Source: Octopus vulgaris
Lineage: Eukaryota
Length of the DNA: 64,000 nucleotides
Direction: 5' to 3'
Assembly: GCA_951406725.2 (NCBI GenBank)
Contig: OX597819.1
Span: 101,122,001-101,186,000, forward strand
Shown here: positions 46,336-60,015 of the stretch, piece by piece
Layout of the letters: each line of letters begins with the position of its first letter
Position numbering within the stretch: position 1 is the stretch's first letter
Position numbers and translations under genes: made by a program
The notes under the pieces: model-generated
The model's database searches: none
What the model saw: only the letters and a program-made list of their open reading frames with translations
What the model was told of the DNA's origin: nothing

Positions 46336-48557
46336 TCAATCTTTCAACCAAACCTCTTTCTAACATAAAAATTGACATCCTCTCAAAAGGGCTCAAATTT
46401 ACACCAACTCCACGCAGAGCTAACCTAAATGAAATCAAGGATAATATAACAGAATTTTGCAGAAAATTAAGACTAGCAGAAGCATCAACCAGTTTCAATA
46501 CTGAAGATGAGTCACTAGTCAAGAACAAAAGTGAACACATCCCACACAGAGGAAGAAATAAAGATCTTGACGAATTATGTAACCACATTGAGAACTTTCC
46601 CTACCATACTATACATAAACAGAAAGTTAACTCAAATTTTAACACTACACAATGGAAGGAACTGGTAGAACTTCAAAATGATGAGGATATAACCATTAAG
46701 GAAGCAGACAAGGGAAATGCAGTTGTAATAATGGATACATCATACTATAGAATTCTTGTAATTTCCTTGCTTGATGACAACCTACATTATGAAAAAATTA
46801 CCAACTACACCCCCAAAAAATTATGACAACTCTATCTTCACTAATTAAAACCCATGAAAAGGAACTAACAACCAAAGAGATTGACTTTCTAACAAACTTT
46901 AAATGCAAACCTAGCCTTTTCTATGGTCTGCCAAAAGTTCATAAAAGCCAAATTATAAATGAAACCATTAAAAAATCACCAAAGACATACATACACACAC
47001 CTAACCCGGGGGACCTAAAACTACGACCAATTGTAGCTGGCCCAACCTGTGAAACACACAGACTAAGTCTATTTATGGACATCCTCCTGAAACCCTTCCT
47101 TAAACATATCGATAGCCATATCAGAGATGACTTAGATATGTTAAACCACCTTCCAAAAAAAGCCAAGGAAGAAACAATCCTGGTTTCATTTGATGTAGTT
47201 AACTTATATACCAGTATACCTCATAATTATGGACTAGAGGCAATACAGTTCTGGCTGAACCAATTTCCGGAATAAATACCAAAAAGGATCAGTAAAGAAT
47301 TCATTACTAAATCAATTGAATTCATCCTACATAATAACCACTTCATGTTTGACAATACATTTTACCGTCAAAAATCCGGAATTGCTATGGGTACAAGGGC
47401 AGCACCAGTCATTGCGAACCTAACAATGGGCTACCTGGAAATAATCATTTACCAGGAATCTTTATCAATCTTTGGAAACCCCCTCTCTCAATACATAAAA
47501 GAGAATTGGAAACGATTCCTAGACGATTGTTTTATACTCTGGAATGAAAACACAGATAAACTCCTAAAATTTAAAAACCTATTGAACAGCATAAACCCAA
47601 ATATACAGTTCACAATGGAATACAACCAAAAGGAGCTCCCGTTCTTGGATATACTAATTAAAAAAATTAAACTTAAAATAGAAACAGACATTTTTTACAA
47701 AGCTACAGACGCCAAACAATACCTTCGTTTTAATTCATGCCACCCAAGACACACTAAAACAAACATCCCCTTCAATCTTGCAAGAAGGATATGCACAATA
47801 GTGTCAGTACAAAATACCAGGAAATTTAGACTGCAAGAACTCAAAAACACCCTAATTGACAGAAATTACCCAGCTCAACTCATAAAGGATGGGATCAGAC
47901 GTGCAACAGAAATCAACATAGAAACTTTAAGAAAAGTTCAACACAACAATACACCTTCCCCGAAAATACTACCTTACATATCTACATACAACCCCAGAAA
48001 CAAAGAAGCCTTCACCATCATCACCCAGAATTTACCAATACTTCATAAGGACCCCAAATTAAAGGAAATTCTAAACATACACCAAATCATTAAAAGCTAC
48101 AAACAACCTAAATCACTTAAAAAGATTCTCACAAAGGCAAAATTGTTTTCTGAATTTACAGATGCAAAAGTAAAAAAATGTGGTAGATCGAACTGTGCAA
48201 CATGTCCAAACCTGCTACAAGGATCAGAATTGCTCTTCAAAGAGGGACAGAAAATCAAGATCAAATCTAACTTTACTTGTGCCTCTGAAAACATAATTTA
48301 TGTCATAAAATGCTCGGGCTGCCACCAAGACTACGTGGGATCCACGGGACTATCACTCAGACGTAGATGCACACTGCATCGACAACAGATTGCATTCCCA
48401 GAATACAGAATGATACCTTTTAGTGAGCACATTGAGAAATGCGCAAAGCAACTACTACCACAATTTTTAATATTTCCATTTTACTATCGGATCATCAACA
48501 CAAATTAGACTAAACAAGGAAACATTCTTCATTGAAAAGTACAAGCCCAGACTTAAC
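46248..48557 (+). pseudogene. PLE reverse transcriptase / GIY-YIG endonuclease ORF, disrupted
   Basis: INLS..KGLKFTPTP, ADKG, FYGLPKVHK, LRPIV, SFDVVNLYTSIP, GIAMG, RFLDD, FLD, linker CGRSNCATC, IIY..C..C...YVG, E.FFI..YKP.LN. Frameshift ~46820, TAA at 47273, frameshift ~48487. Confidence 0.95.
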
Positions 48558-48739
48558 CATTCCAACATACTGATACAGAGAAATTCACAGCAAGGGAAAT
48601 TCACACCAAGGGAAAGGCAAAAAATTTTAAGCGATTATCTCCCTTACACCGGAAGAAATCACTCATTACCTCCCCTTATGTAGAACTCTTTTCAACATAA
48701 ACATAACGATAACTCTGCTCAACATAAACATAACGACGT

Positions 48740-48778
48740 AAGAAATTTGAAAAGCTAAACGCGAAACCGGTCTTTCTT
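48740..48778 (+). ncRNA. Minimal hammerhead ribozyme, U3A8 core variant, in the PLE 3' pseudo-LTR
   Basis: AAGAAA-T / TTGAAAA / GC TAAAC GC / GAAA / CCGG / TC / TTTCTT; predicted GUC cut after 48772. Confidence 0.78.
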
Positions 48779-48895
48779 CTAAACTATGTCATTGTAAGAA
48801 AAAAATTTATAATATTCTTCAGACATATTAACTCAAATATATATTTTTAAACCTTTTAAAACAAGCCTTCTGTAGTTTTTTCACAAACCAAATTT

Positions 48896-48963
<68 letters not shown>

Positions 48964-49269
48964 TATACATATAAATATACATGTATATATTATATATATA
49001 TACATGTATATATCATATATATATATATATATATATATACGTGCATGCATATATATATATATTTATATATATGTATATATATATGTATTTATTTATGTAT
49101 GTATGTATGTATGTATGTATGTATGTATGTATGTATGTATGTGTATATACATATAGTTGAAATGAGAAATATTGAAAGAGGTAACAGCAAACAATTCTTC
49201 TTCAGCCAGCTCTTCACTAATTCTCCAAGTAAATTTTCCATTAATTTCTCCAAGTAAATTGCAGAGGAT

Positions 49270-50160
49270 ATAAAGAGATTAAGAAGGGATTGAAAATAGC
49301 CAGGGACAGCTATCCAGGAAGAGACACAGAAAGGGTGTGAACTTCGAAAGAAGAAGAGTCACACACCGTCTGTATGTTTAAAAGAATCCCGGTACTCAAA
49401 ACTGATGAAAAGATATACCTAGGCACCCAATGGACTACCGCATGGGAAATCCCAGTATCCATTCTTCTGTTCAGAAAGGCAGTATATAAATACATCGGGT
49501 GTCTGGAGCACGTAGCTATAGTCACCAAAAAACCTGAGAATATAAAGGAGACCCAGAAATGTGGATTGATCTTTCAAATATTTATGTATCCATACTCTAT
49601 AAACTGTGAACTAACAGCTGGTCCCAGAGAGGCTCAGAGATCTCATTTTGGAATATTTTAATAGCTTCAATTGGAGAGTCTCTGCTGTTTCTACAATACA
49701 AGTGGCAAAAACTCCAATAGGGCATTATCATTGTACAGTGACCCTACTCTCGTTTACAATGAACATAGTAAAGTAGGCAACAAGAGATCCTGAAAAGCTT
49801 TGGGGTGTATGTGACTTGGGCTAATATGTGTTCCAATTCAGTCAAGTCCAGATAATTTTCTATTTAGAGAAGCAAAATTGAGCTTCCCGGTCGATACAGG
49901 ACAGATAAGATCTATCACTGAGAAACAAATAATGGAAAAACCTGAGAAAGTTGCTACTTAACTCCCAGAGGGACATAGCATCTATCCGAGAGGTCAAAAA
50001 AGAATCGGTGGTCTAGTTTCCTGGCAAATTTAAAGTCTGGATTTGTCAGAAGAATACCCTCTCACAGATTTTTGACCCCTCTTGGTATATGGTGTTTTAA
50101 TACCCACAATAGAAGTGTTTGAGACAAGTCAGAGGTTTCTTGTCGAAATGACTGGGACTC
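49270..50160 (+). mobile_element. HERO/NeSL-like RLE LINE RT remnant
   Basis: Fragments VQK..GCLEH, WQKL..GII, WANM..KS and FPGKFKVWICQ..PLLVY; heavily degenerate. Confidence 0.65.
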
Positions 50161-50419
50161 AACGAATGAGCTGTCTCAACGTTAAACAGTGCAAAACTAC
50201 GATGTTATCTTGGTTCATTGACTGTCGAGATAATCAGCTGCGAACGTTCCGTGAACCGTGCTTTTGCCTAATCATCCCTCTGTTAATTTTTCGCCTTGTT
50301 TTCCGCTTGCTCTATTAATGTTTGATTTTTCTCTTTTTTACTATTTGTTGTGTTTTTTTTCTACTCTTGATATATCCATGTAGCGCCACGCACATCTTGT
50401 TTCTTTACGTTATATATAA

Positions 50420-50464
<45 letters not shown>

Positions 50465-50468
<4 letters not shown>

Positions 50469-50691
50469 AAAAGCAGCAGAAATTTAATAAAAGCTGTTAC
50501 TCGGAGTTTCACGTTCCCGTTCGTCGGACAGTTTTGTTAAAATTGTTTGACAAAACTGTCCGACGAACGTGAAACTCTGAGTAACAGCATTTGTTAAATT
50601 TCTGCTGCTTTTAAATAAAGCATATTACTCTACCTCTGGTATTTGAGTACTCTTTTTTTCAAACTTGTTTCACATTTATGTGTTTACTCCG

Positions 50692-50693
<2 letters not shown>
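50465..50693. mobile_element. Fold-back PLE-derived element in (TA)n
   Basis: Arms 50465-50539 and 50548-50616, single-copy tail to 50693, (TA)n on both flanks. Confidence 0.85.
50494..50531 (-). ncRNA. Minimal hammerhead, CCGACGA (U4C) core
   Basis: Minus strand: CTGT / CCGACGA / ACG GGAA CGT / GAAA / CTCCGAG / TA / ACAG. The right-arm copy has a deletion in helix II. Confidence 0.7.
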
Positions 50694-50728
<35 letters not shown>

Positions 50729-50772
50729 AACTTAAAAATTACTGCATTAATAGAGATAATAATATAGCTGAC

Positions 50773-50869
<97 letters not shown>

Positions 50870-50874
50870 GTAAT

Positions 50875-50931
<57 letters not shown>

Positions 50932-50947
50932 GAAGAAGAAAAAGAAG

Positions 50948-50979
<32 letters not shown>

Positions 50980-51074
50980 GAAGAAGAAGAAGAAGAAGTA
51001 GAAGAAGAAGAAGTAGAAGAAGAAGAAGAAGAAGAAGAAGAAGAAGAACCCTGATATTAATAATAGAAAGGCTA

Positions 51075-51310
51075 AACCTAGAAATAATACATGTAATTTT
51101 CGTAATAGGGACCTATATCCCTAACAAGGTTTCTGATTAAGGAGAAATGTATATAAAGTTGAGGTTTCAAAACTTAATGAATCTAAAAAGATACAAATAG
51201 GAAGTACGACTGATTTTAAGATTAGATATAAGGCACACATAAACTCATTTATCAGTCACGAAACAAAAAATTCAACCACACTAGCTACCTACATCAATAA
51301 ATTAAAAATG
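51075..51310 (+). mobile_element. GIY-YIG endonuclease relic of a second PLE lineage
   Basis: CNFRN..YKVEV..IGSTTDFKIRYKAHINSF..NSTTLATYI..LK resembles the CNCR..FK.RY..H..SF..T.LS type of PLE endonuclease. Confidence 0.7.
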
Positions 51311-51720
51311 CTCCATATACTCCGTGCCAACAAAACTTACTTAATAAGATATCTGATGTCATAATTACTGCAGACATAAATATCTTTCAACTTTTAAATT
51401 CTTCCCCAAAAATAATTAGCCTATAGGATTCTAATCCAGTCACCCTTCATATTTTGGATTCATCTTAAAGTAATATTATATATAGCGTCGTAATGTATCT
51501 TAACATGTAACTGTAACTCTATATAATTATAAATCTTCATATATTTATTTATTTATAAATTCTTATGAATTTTTGTCATGTCTCTAATTAGTTCCGCTGT
51601 ATAAAGTGGATAGCTATGCCATTTCCGTCTTCATTATATAGATATACATACATATAGACACACATACATACATATATATATATATGTGTGTGTGTGTGTG
51701 TATGTGTTTGTGTGTGTGTA

Positions 51721-51779
<59 letters not shown>

Positions 51780-52649
51780 ACCCTTGAATTTCATTCAATA
51801 GACACTGTATTGAAATAAGTACTACAAGTAGGTTCTTGACATTAAGACGCATGGTTAGGCATCTTTTTGTAATAACATGGCTGGTGTCTCCAAGCAATCC
51901 TCAGGTCCTGAACACCCAGTTTGCTGGTTTATCGAGAACCATAAGAACAGAACGGGAAAGTTGATGCAAAAGTTGGAATGAGAAGACAACAGGTGAATAT
52001 AACCGGAAAAAGAAAAGAAAGAAAAGAGGAAAATTTAAAGTTACGCCCCTCTCGATCGAAGAAGTCATAATTATACAAGCTGTAGAATAATTCGACGGTG
52101 AAGAGTCCAAATTGTGCAATATATTTATATGTTCACAATATATACTTATATATATTTGGATGTGTAGAGGCGAGTATGTACGTGCACGTGCGAGTTTGTG
52201 TTTGTGAATGGGTGTGTAAGTGGATGTATGTGGATGTGAGTGTGTGTGTCCATGTGTGAGAGAGAGAGTTGAGATAAACTTCAGTATATTTATATGTGTA
52301 TATATTTTGAGTTGACTACAAATAAATTCAGAATTTTAATGAGATCGTTTGTTAATGTGAAATTTCATGCCATTAATATAGATACTCACACACACACACA
52401 AACACACACACGGACGCATATATGTGTATGTGTATGTGTGTATGCCTGTATGCATATATACGTATGAATGTATGCATAAGCATGTTCTGTACATACGTGT
52501 GTATCGCAATACGTCACGCATAGCGTATGGGGGGCGTAGGGGTAGCAATGTGAATCCTAACAAATGTAATGAAGTATAATTTATCTTACAGGTCAATGCA
52601 GCAGAAATTCCCATTATTCAAATCCTATATTATAAAATGGAATAATGAT

Positions 52650-53097
52650 CAGCTTGTGATGATGACAACGATGCAGCTGACGAAGATGATGAAGATGACG
52701 GAGGTGGCGTTGCTGAGGATGCTGGTGTCGAGGTTGATGGTTATGATTTAGATGGTGGTGGTGACAATGATGACGATGAGGACGATGACGTCGATGATGA
52801 TGATAGTGAAGATGATGCTGATGATAATGATGAAGATGACGACGACGACGACGGTGACCAAGACGACGACAGATGATGATGATGATGATGACGATGACGA
52901 TGATGATGATGATTACAGTAGTCATGGAGGTGGTGGTGGTGTTTACGCTGGTGGCGAATATGACGATGATGATTTTGATGCTGAGGATGACACCGATTAT
53001 GATGCTGAATAAGGGGATGATGACGCCGATGATGAGAATGAAAATAATAATAAGAATGATGATGATGTGTGATGATGATGATGATGATGATGAGGTG

Positions 53098-53182
<85 letters not shown>

Positions 53183-53540
53183 CGATGATGATAACGGGGA
53201 CGACGATGACTACGAAGGCGGCGACAATGAAGATGGTGACGATGTTCACGATGATGATACTAATGACGCGCATGATGATGATACTGATGATTGTGATTGT
53301 AATGGTTGTATGGTGATACAGATGACGCGGAAGATTAGAAGCATGATGGCGAGGGCGTTAATGATGGTGACAATTACGCCGGTAATTATGAAAATGGTGA
53401 TGAACATGAAGGGCGAAGCTGACGAAGACGATAATAATAACAATGACAGCAAAGACAATAAGGATGGCGATAATAATTACAAACGCAGGCTGATAATAAA
53501 AAGATAATGACAACAATAATAAGCAGAATACAAACAATAA
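52650..53540 (+). repeat. Degenerate (GAT)n trinucleotide tract
   Basis: Direct inspection; poly-M/D/I/H ORFs are artefacts. Confidence 0.93.
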
Positions 53541-53813
53541 TTAAAAAGTAAATAGCGGCGAAAGAAATATACAAATATAAAGATAATAATGAGACTAAGA
53601 ATTAGTGTTAATAATGGTGATGATGTCAACAACAAAAACATTTGCTATATTGATTATAGAATACATACGTATATACACACACATACATATACAGAGTGTA
53701 AATATAATATATATACAAGTGTTTATATAAACGTATGCAAATAAACCTACAATTCCACACTCACATATAAGTACATATCTATGTGTGTATGACTTTCAAT
53801 CTATATACATACA

Positions 53814-53880
<67 letters not shown>

Positions 53881-54414
53881 GCATATATATATATATATAC
53901 ACACACACGCATATATATATATATATATATGTATATAGATACGTGTGTGCATATTTGTATACATACATACACCCTATACACATGAAATTGACATTTCATA
54001 TGTAAATATACAAATTTTGTCTTTCACATGTTTGTGTATATATATTTACATCTAATATATGTTTATACATATAAATTGTATACATAGGCATTTGTGTGTG
54101 TGTGCATCTGTGTATTTGTGTGTGTATATGTGTGTGTGTGCATAGCTGTTTGTATTTTATACTTTAATACTGTACACTAACAAACCTGAGTGTTGAAACA
54201 CTCATATCAAAAATAGAAAGGCTGAAAAAAAACTATATATAAATTAATTAATTTTCAACAAATAAGAGGTAAAAATTCATTTTTTAATGCAAATTATATG
54301 TATGGTTTCGTTTGAATAAAACACACAAAATTAAGATGAAATATCCACAAAAAATTAAATGGAACATTATGTCGTGGTATTTCTACTTCTTACTCAACCT
54401 TTCCGTTTACATTC

Positions 54415-54448
<34 letters not shown>

Positions 54449-55207
54449 AAATATATATATATATATGGACGCGCGCGTGTGTGTTTGTGTGTTTCCGAGT
54501 GTGTGTGGGTATTTGTGTGTATGTGCTTATATATATATATATATATTCATATATAAATTTGCACACACAGACAATGAGACCTATGTAGATAGCTTGATAT
54601 ATGTAGATAGGCAGACTCCTGAAAACTTGCATAAAGATTTGACGCTCACACATATTTGTATATATAAGAGAGAGAGAGTCTATACGCACATGCATACACA
54701 GAAAAACATTCAGACAGAATATACAAACATACATATATGTGTTGATACAAACATTTACACAACACACGCATATATTTAAATTCCAAAATATTCTATTTAC
54801 ATTTCTTGAAATCTAGAAACAGAAAACACTATTGAGAATCTAAACAAAATCAAAAAAGAAACAATATTATATCACTCTCTATATGTGTGAGTGCGTGTAT
54901 GTGCATGTGTATATTCATATGTCTGAGTGTGTATAGAAAAAAACACAGACACAAACAAGCATAGAACTTAGAAATGATCTACAACCAATATCACTAAAGA
55001 ACTAAATGAAGACAGGATGACACAAGAGAAAGCAATATTGATCAAACTCTCATTAGAATTAGCATATGTTTTACATTTTATTTCAGAATTAGAATGAATT
55101 TTTAAAATATTTATTGTATTTGTAAATGATTTTTTACAATTTTTAAAAATCGCTATTTATTATTATTGTTATCTCTATTGTTATTATTATTATTGTTGTT
55201 GTTGTAG

Positions 55208-55245
<38 letters not shown>

Positions 55246-55320
55246 TATTACTGATTTTATTATTATTATTATTATTATTATCATTATAATTATTATTGCT
55301 ATCATCATTATTATTATTGC

Positions 55321-55407
<87 letters not shown>

Positions 55408-55679
55408 GTGTGTGTGTGAGGTTATATGTGCATCTGTATGTTATTTATGCGTAAGCACTTCTTTGTTTAACGAATGAAAAACGTATACATAAATACCCGC
55501 ACGATCAGACTGATAGACTCATAACGAATATATATATATAAATATATATATACATATATAACGAATATATATATATAAATATATATATATACATATATGT
55601 ATGTGTGCATATATTTATGTATGTATGTATGTATGTATGTATGTATGTATGTATGTATGTATGTATGTATGTATGTATG

Positions 55680-55711
<32 letters not shown>

Positions 55712-55926
55712 TGTATGTATGTATGTGCGTGTATCACTATATGCGTATACTTTTTGTTTTCCTCTTTATTCTATTTGTTCCTTTGTTTAGAATTCAAGCC
55801 TTAAAATAAAACACATTTGCTCACATTTTTCACAATTTTCATATCGGAAAGAGGAAGAAATAATATTAAGAAGACAATTAAAAAGAAATTTTAAATACAT
55901 ATAATGAACGCCACTATAAAGCTGCA

Positions 55927-55995
<69 letters not shown>

Positions 55996-57180
55996 TATAT
56001 ATGTATGCATGTATGTGTGTGTAAAATACGTACACAATTGCACAGTGAGAGGGAGGGGAAAGGACAAGCAAGAGAAAGAGAGAGACCGTGAAAGATATGA
56101 GATGGAGACATAAAGGCAAAAAGATCAAAAAAGAATTAAATAAAAGAAATATCACGCAATAAATATAAACGTTGAATTAAAATTTATTTTCGATCTGACT
56201 TCAAATATATTTTAGATTTTTATTATATTATTAATTTTAGTTATAGTGTGGTATTTTCGTTTGTTCGTCCTATACACGCATGCAGGCACACACACACACA
56301 CACTCACACACACACTCACACATACACAAACACCAAAACACGCACACACACACAAGCACATATATATGTATATATATATTTATACATTTGTACATATATG
56401 TATTAATTTTATATATGTGTGTATGTTTCTATGCATTTATATATATATATATATGTGTACGTATATATATATATATGTATGTATACACCGATATAAAGTT
56501 ATAGATATCTATACTGCGTGCATATAATATTCGTACATGTGTATATATGTGCATATAAGTGCTCATATATGAATATATCTATATAAATATGTATGTGTAT
56601 GCGTGTAAGTATGCATGTATATATGTGTTTATATATGTATGTTGTATGCATATATATACGAAATTTGTATAATGAAGCTGAAGATTGCTGAAATAAACAT
56701 TGTGCTATTATTAATGTTATTTATCTTAAGCAAATGGCGGAATAATGGAAAACGTTATAACAACGGCCATAGCAATATTTATAATAATTACTGTTATTGC
56801 AGTATTATGAAATACTGGCTGGAATGGGTAAATAATCATGGGAGAGAATATAGTGCCACATTCTGCCATTAACGATACAGCGTCAGGAAAATTAAGGTTA
56901 AACTTCTCGAAATTGTTTTCAATATTGAAGTACATCATATACGAAGTATCACTCTTAACAGATAATTTTTTCTCTCACAGAAATGATGTCAAAATTTACC
57001 AAATATATAAAGTACAAGTAGAAAACTTGTGATAATCGGAATTTTGCTTTTGAAAATAGAGACAAGCAATTTAACCATTGATGTCTATGGAATGGTGAAA
57101 ATTAAGACAATTACAGACCATAGGAATACTTAACATAATTTAAGGATGCCTTACATAAATATATATATGTATATATATAT

Positions 57181-57513
57181 AAATTTACGAATAAGGATAA
57201 TATCGATTTTAAATATCGATATTATCAAGTGGCCAGCATGGGAAAAAATACCATAGAAATGTAATAATTTTTTACAATTAAAAATAAGTGTGTCTGAGAG
57301 ACACCACCATGTCGAAATAGCAGTCAAATTCCTGCTCTAAAAACCACGTTAAATGTTCATATCGCACCATGAGATAAGACAGAGGGACAAAATAGACTAG
57401 CAAGAAGATATTACTGAATATTCAGTAATATGAACATTTAACGTGGTTTTTAGAGTCAGGGATTTGACTGCTATTTCGGCATGGTGGTGCCTCTCAGACA
57501 CCCTTATTTTTAG

Positions 57514-57515
<2 letters not shown>
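57181..57515. mobile_element. Fold-back element in (TA)n with nested palindromes
   Basis: Arms ~57279-57362 and 57428-57515, single-copy tail on the left, (TA)n on both flanks. Confidence 0.8.
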
Positions 57516-57565
<50 letters not shown>

Positions 57566-58389
57566 TTTCACTTGTTTCAGTCATTCCACTGCGGCCATGC
57601 TGGAGCACCACCTTTAGTCAAGAGCAAATCAACCCTAGAACTCCAGGATTCTTTGTAAGCCTAGTACTATTTCTATCGGTCTTTTTTGTCGAACAGCTAA
57701 GTTACGGCGACGTAAACACGTCAGCATCGGTTATGAAGCGATGTTGGATGGACAAACATAGATACACAAACACACACACACATATATATATGATATGTTT
57801 GTCGGTATGTATGTGCATGTATATGTATGTATATGTTTGTACATAACGCTTTAATTCTTTAACTAGTTTCAGCTCTAATGCTCAGGTCATGCTTCGTCAT
57901 CACCTTTGGCTTTGCCACAACTTCACTAATTGACATCCCCTCTGATTTGTGACATTTAGTAAATGAGACAGTTTGAGGCTGCTATTCATAAATACATGTA
58001 TACATGCAAAAGTAAATGCAATACTTATATACATTCTTACATACATGTACATGTATATGCATATATATTTACACACATATATATATGTATATTTATGTAT
58101 ATATACAATATATCTAAATTATCAATACAATGTACTGCGTATATATTAGAACAAGTATTAATGGATCAGGAAGCTGAATTCTGGATGTATGTGCATGCAT
58201 ATGTATGCATAAAAAATATATATATATATATTTCAGCTCTAAAGCTAGTTTCAGCTCTAAAGCTCAGGTCTTGCTTGGGCATCATCGTTAGCTTTGCTAC
58301 TCCTTCACTATTTGACACTACGTACCATATGGAGAATACTCGCAATAAAGTTACTATAAAATCTTAATAATAGTAAGAAAAGAATAAGG

Positions 58390-59130
58390 TTAAGAATAAT
58401 ACGGAAACTTGACAGAAAGGCGATAGAACAGTTGACAATGTATGCATGCCCCCATCCGAGAGCTGATATCAACTGGTTGTACTTGAAGAAAGATCTTGGT
58501 GGAAGAGGCTTCAGTGATTTGGAAGAGTGTGTTGAGATGAATAGCAAAAGACTACTAAAATATTTACAGAAGACAACAGAGAAATTACTAAAGACCGTAG
58601 GGCATTAAGCATGGAATTGGAGAAAAAAACAAGAATGATATCAAATTGTCTAACAGATTGTAGAGAAACCTTAGCATGCTCAGTTTTGGAAAGACACTGC
58701 GGATGCGTGTAGAACAAAAGCTTGGTTAAGAAGGCAAATAATAAAAAATAAAAGCAGAAACTTAATTATAGCAGCTCAAGTTCAAGCGATAAGATGAAAC
58801 AACATCAGAGATTATGAGGATAATATGAATAAGTCAAAAAATATAGAGCTTGTGAAGTCTAGAATGAGACAGTGGCACACATTGCTGCAGAAGATCACAA
58901 GTTGGTACAGGGAGAATATAAGAAATCAAAGTATCGCCAAGTTGTGAAAGTTTTATACTGGAAGCTTTGTCAGAAATGGGAGCTGAACCTGGGGATACAT
59001 ATTCTGATCATCGAGTCGAAAATGTGCTAGGATCGAAGAAATGCAAAATTTTATGAAATTTTCCTTCCCAAACGATGCTCAGACGAAAACATTCATACTC
59101 AAACGAGAACAACCATACTCTTCAGATAGT
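58390..59130 (+). mobile_element. Degenerate, internally deleted R4/Dong-like LINE
   Basis: KLDRK..LTM...HPRADI.WLY....GGRG, LIIAAQ and ETVAHI..EYK..LYWKLCQKW. Confidence 0.75.
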
Positions 59131-59463
59131 TTCTCCCACATACTTTTCTGTAAGAAAGATCCTGAATTTACCTGCTATATATCTAGCATTTCTCTACGGA
59201 TGGCTAAGTCGATATATATTTTACGTAGGTATCACTCCTCAACAGCAGTACTATTGTTGAAGAGTGATACGTTCATTAAATAATTGTTGGAATCTATCTT
59301 CAAGATTTAGGTATTACTGGTGCCCGCTCATTGCTGGTACTTTTAAAATTGCATGTTATAAATAGGCTGATATCTTGACACATCAACTATCAATTCGATT
59401 ATTATATGCCCTTGGATCTGGAACAGATAAATAGGTAGGTAGATAGATAGATAGATAGATGTG

Positions 59464-59507
<44 letters not shown>

Positions 59508-59983
59508 TGTGTGTGTATACATATATGTATATTCAGAAGCATACTCATACACGCCTGTAAAATAACCATATTCATGCATAAGTAATAAATGCAAACTGCT
59601 TGTATTTCAGTATACAAAACACTCGCTGCTATATAATATTTTATATATATATTTTATATATTAGAGAGTAAACATAGACTTGATTTAAGTTGAACAATTA
59701 TTTGAAGAGAGCAGTTATATATACTTTGTATTCATGCAAATATAAACATGCATTGAAGCAGGTATACATTTCTGTACACAAAATGCAAAATTAAGTGTTA
59801 CATTATTTGTTTACTGGCATTTTCTGTTGCGATTTGCAGCAATTGGCATAGAGAAGTCTATGACATTGATAAGAAAAGTAGAACTGAAAGATACAATATA
59901 TTGTAACGAGGAGCAGATTGGATATGCAAATGGATAGATGAGAGCTTAACAATTTGATATATAAAAGAAGTTTTTGTGTGTCG

Positions 59984-60015
<32 letters not shown>

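Larger units (their letters stand above)
45165..48884 (+). mobile_element. Penelope-like retroelement (Neptune-type) with inverted 5' pseudo-LTR, inserted in (TA)n
   Basis: Inverted repeats 45165-45759 and 48288-48884; RT and GIY-YIG motifs inside; (TA)n on both flanks. Confidence 0.96.

Noticed and set aside
45165-48884. DNA transposon, DIRS or LTR element interpretation of the long inverted termini
   Set aside because: The left repeat is an inverted copy of the element's own GIY-YIG 3' end and the RT has PLE-specific motifs; no transposase, tyrosine recombinase or integrase.
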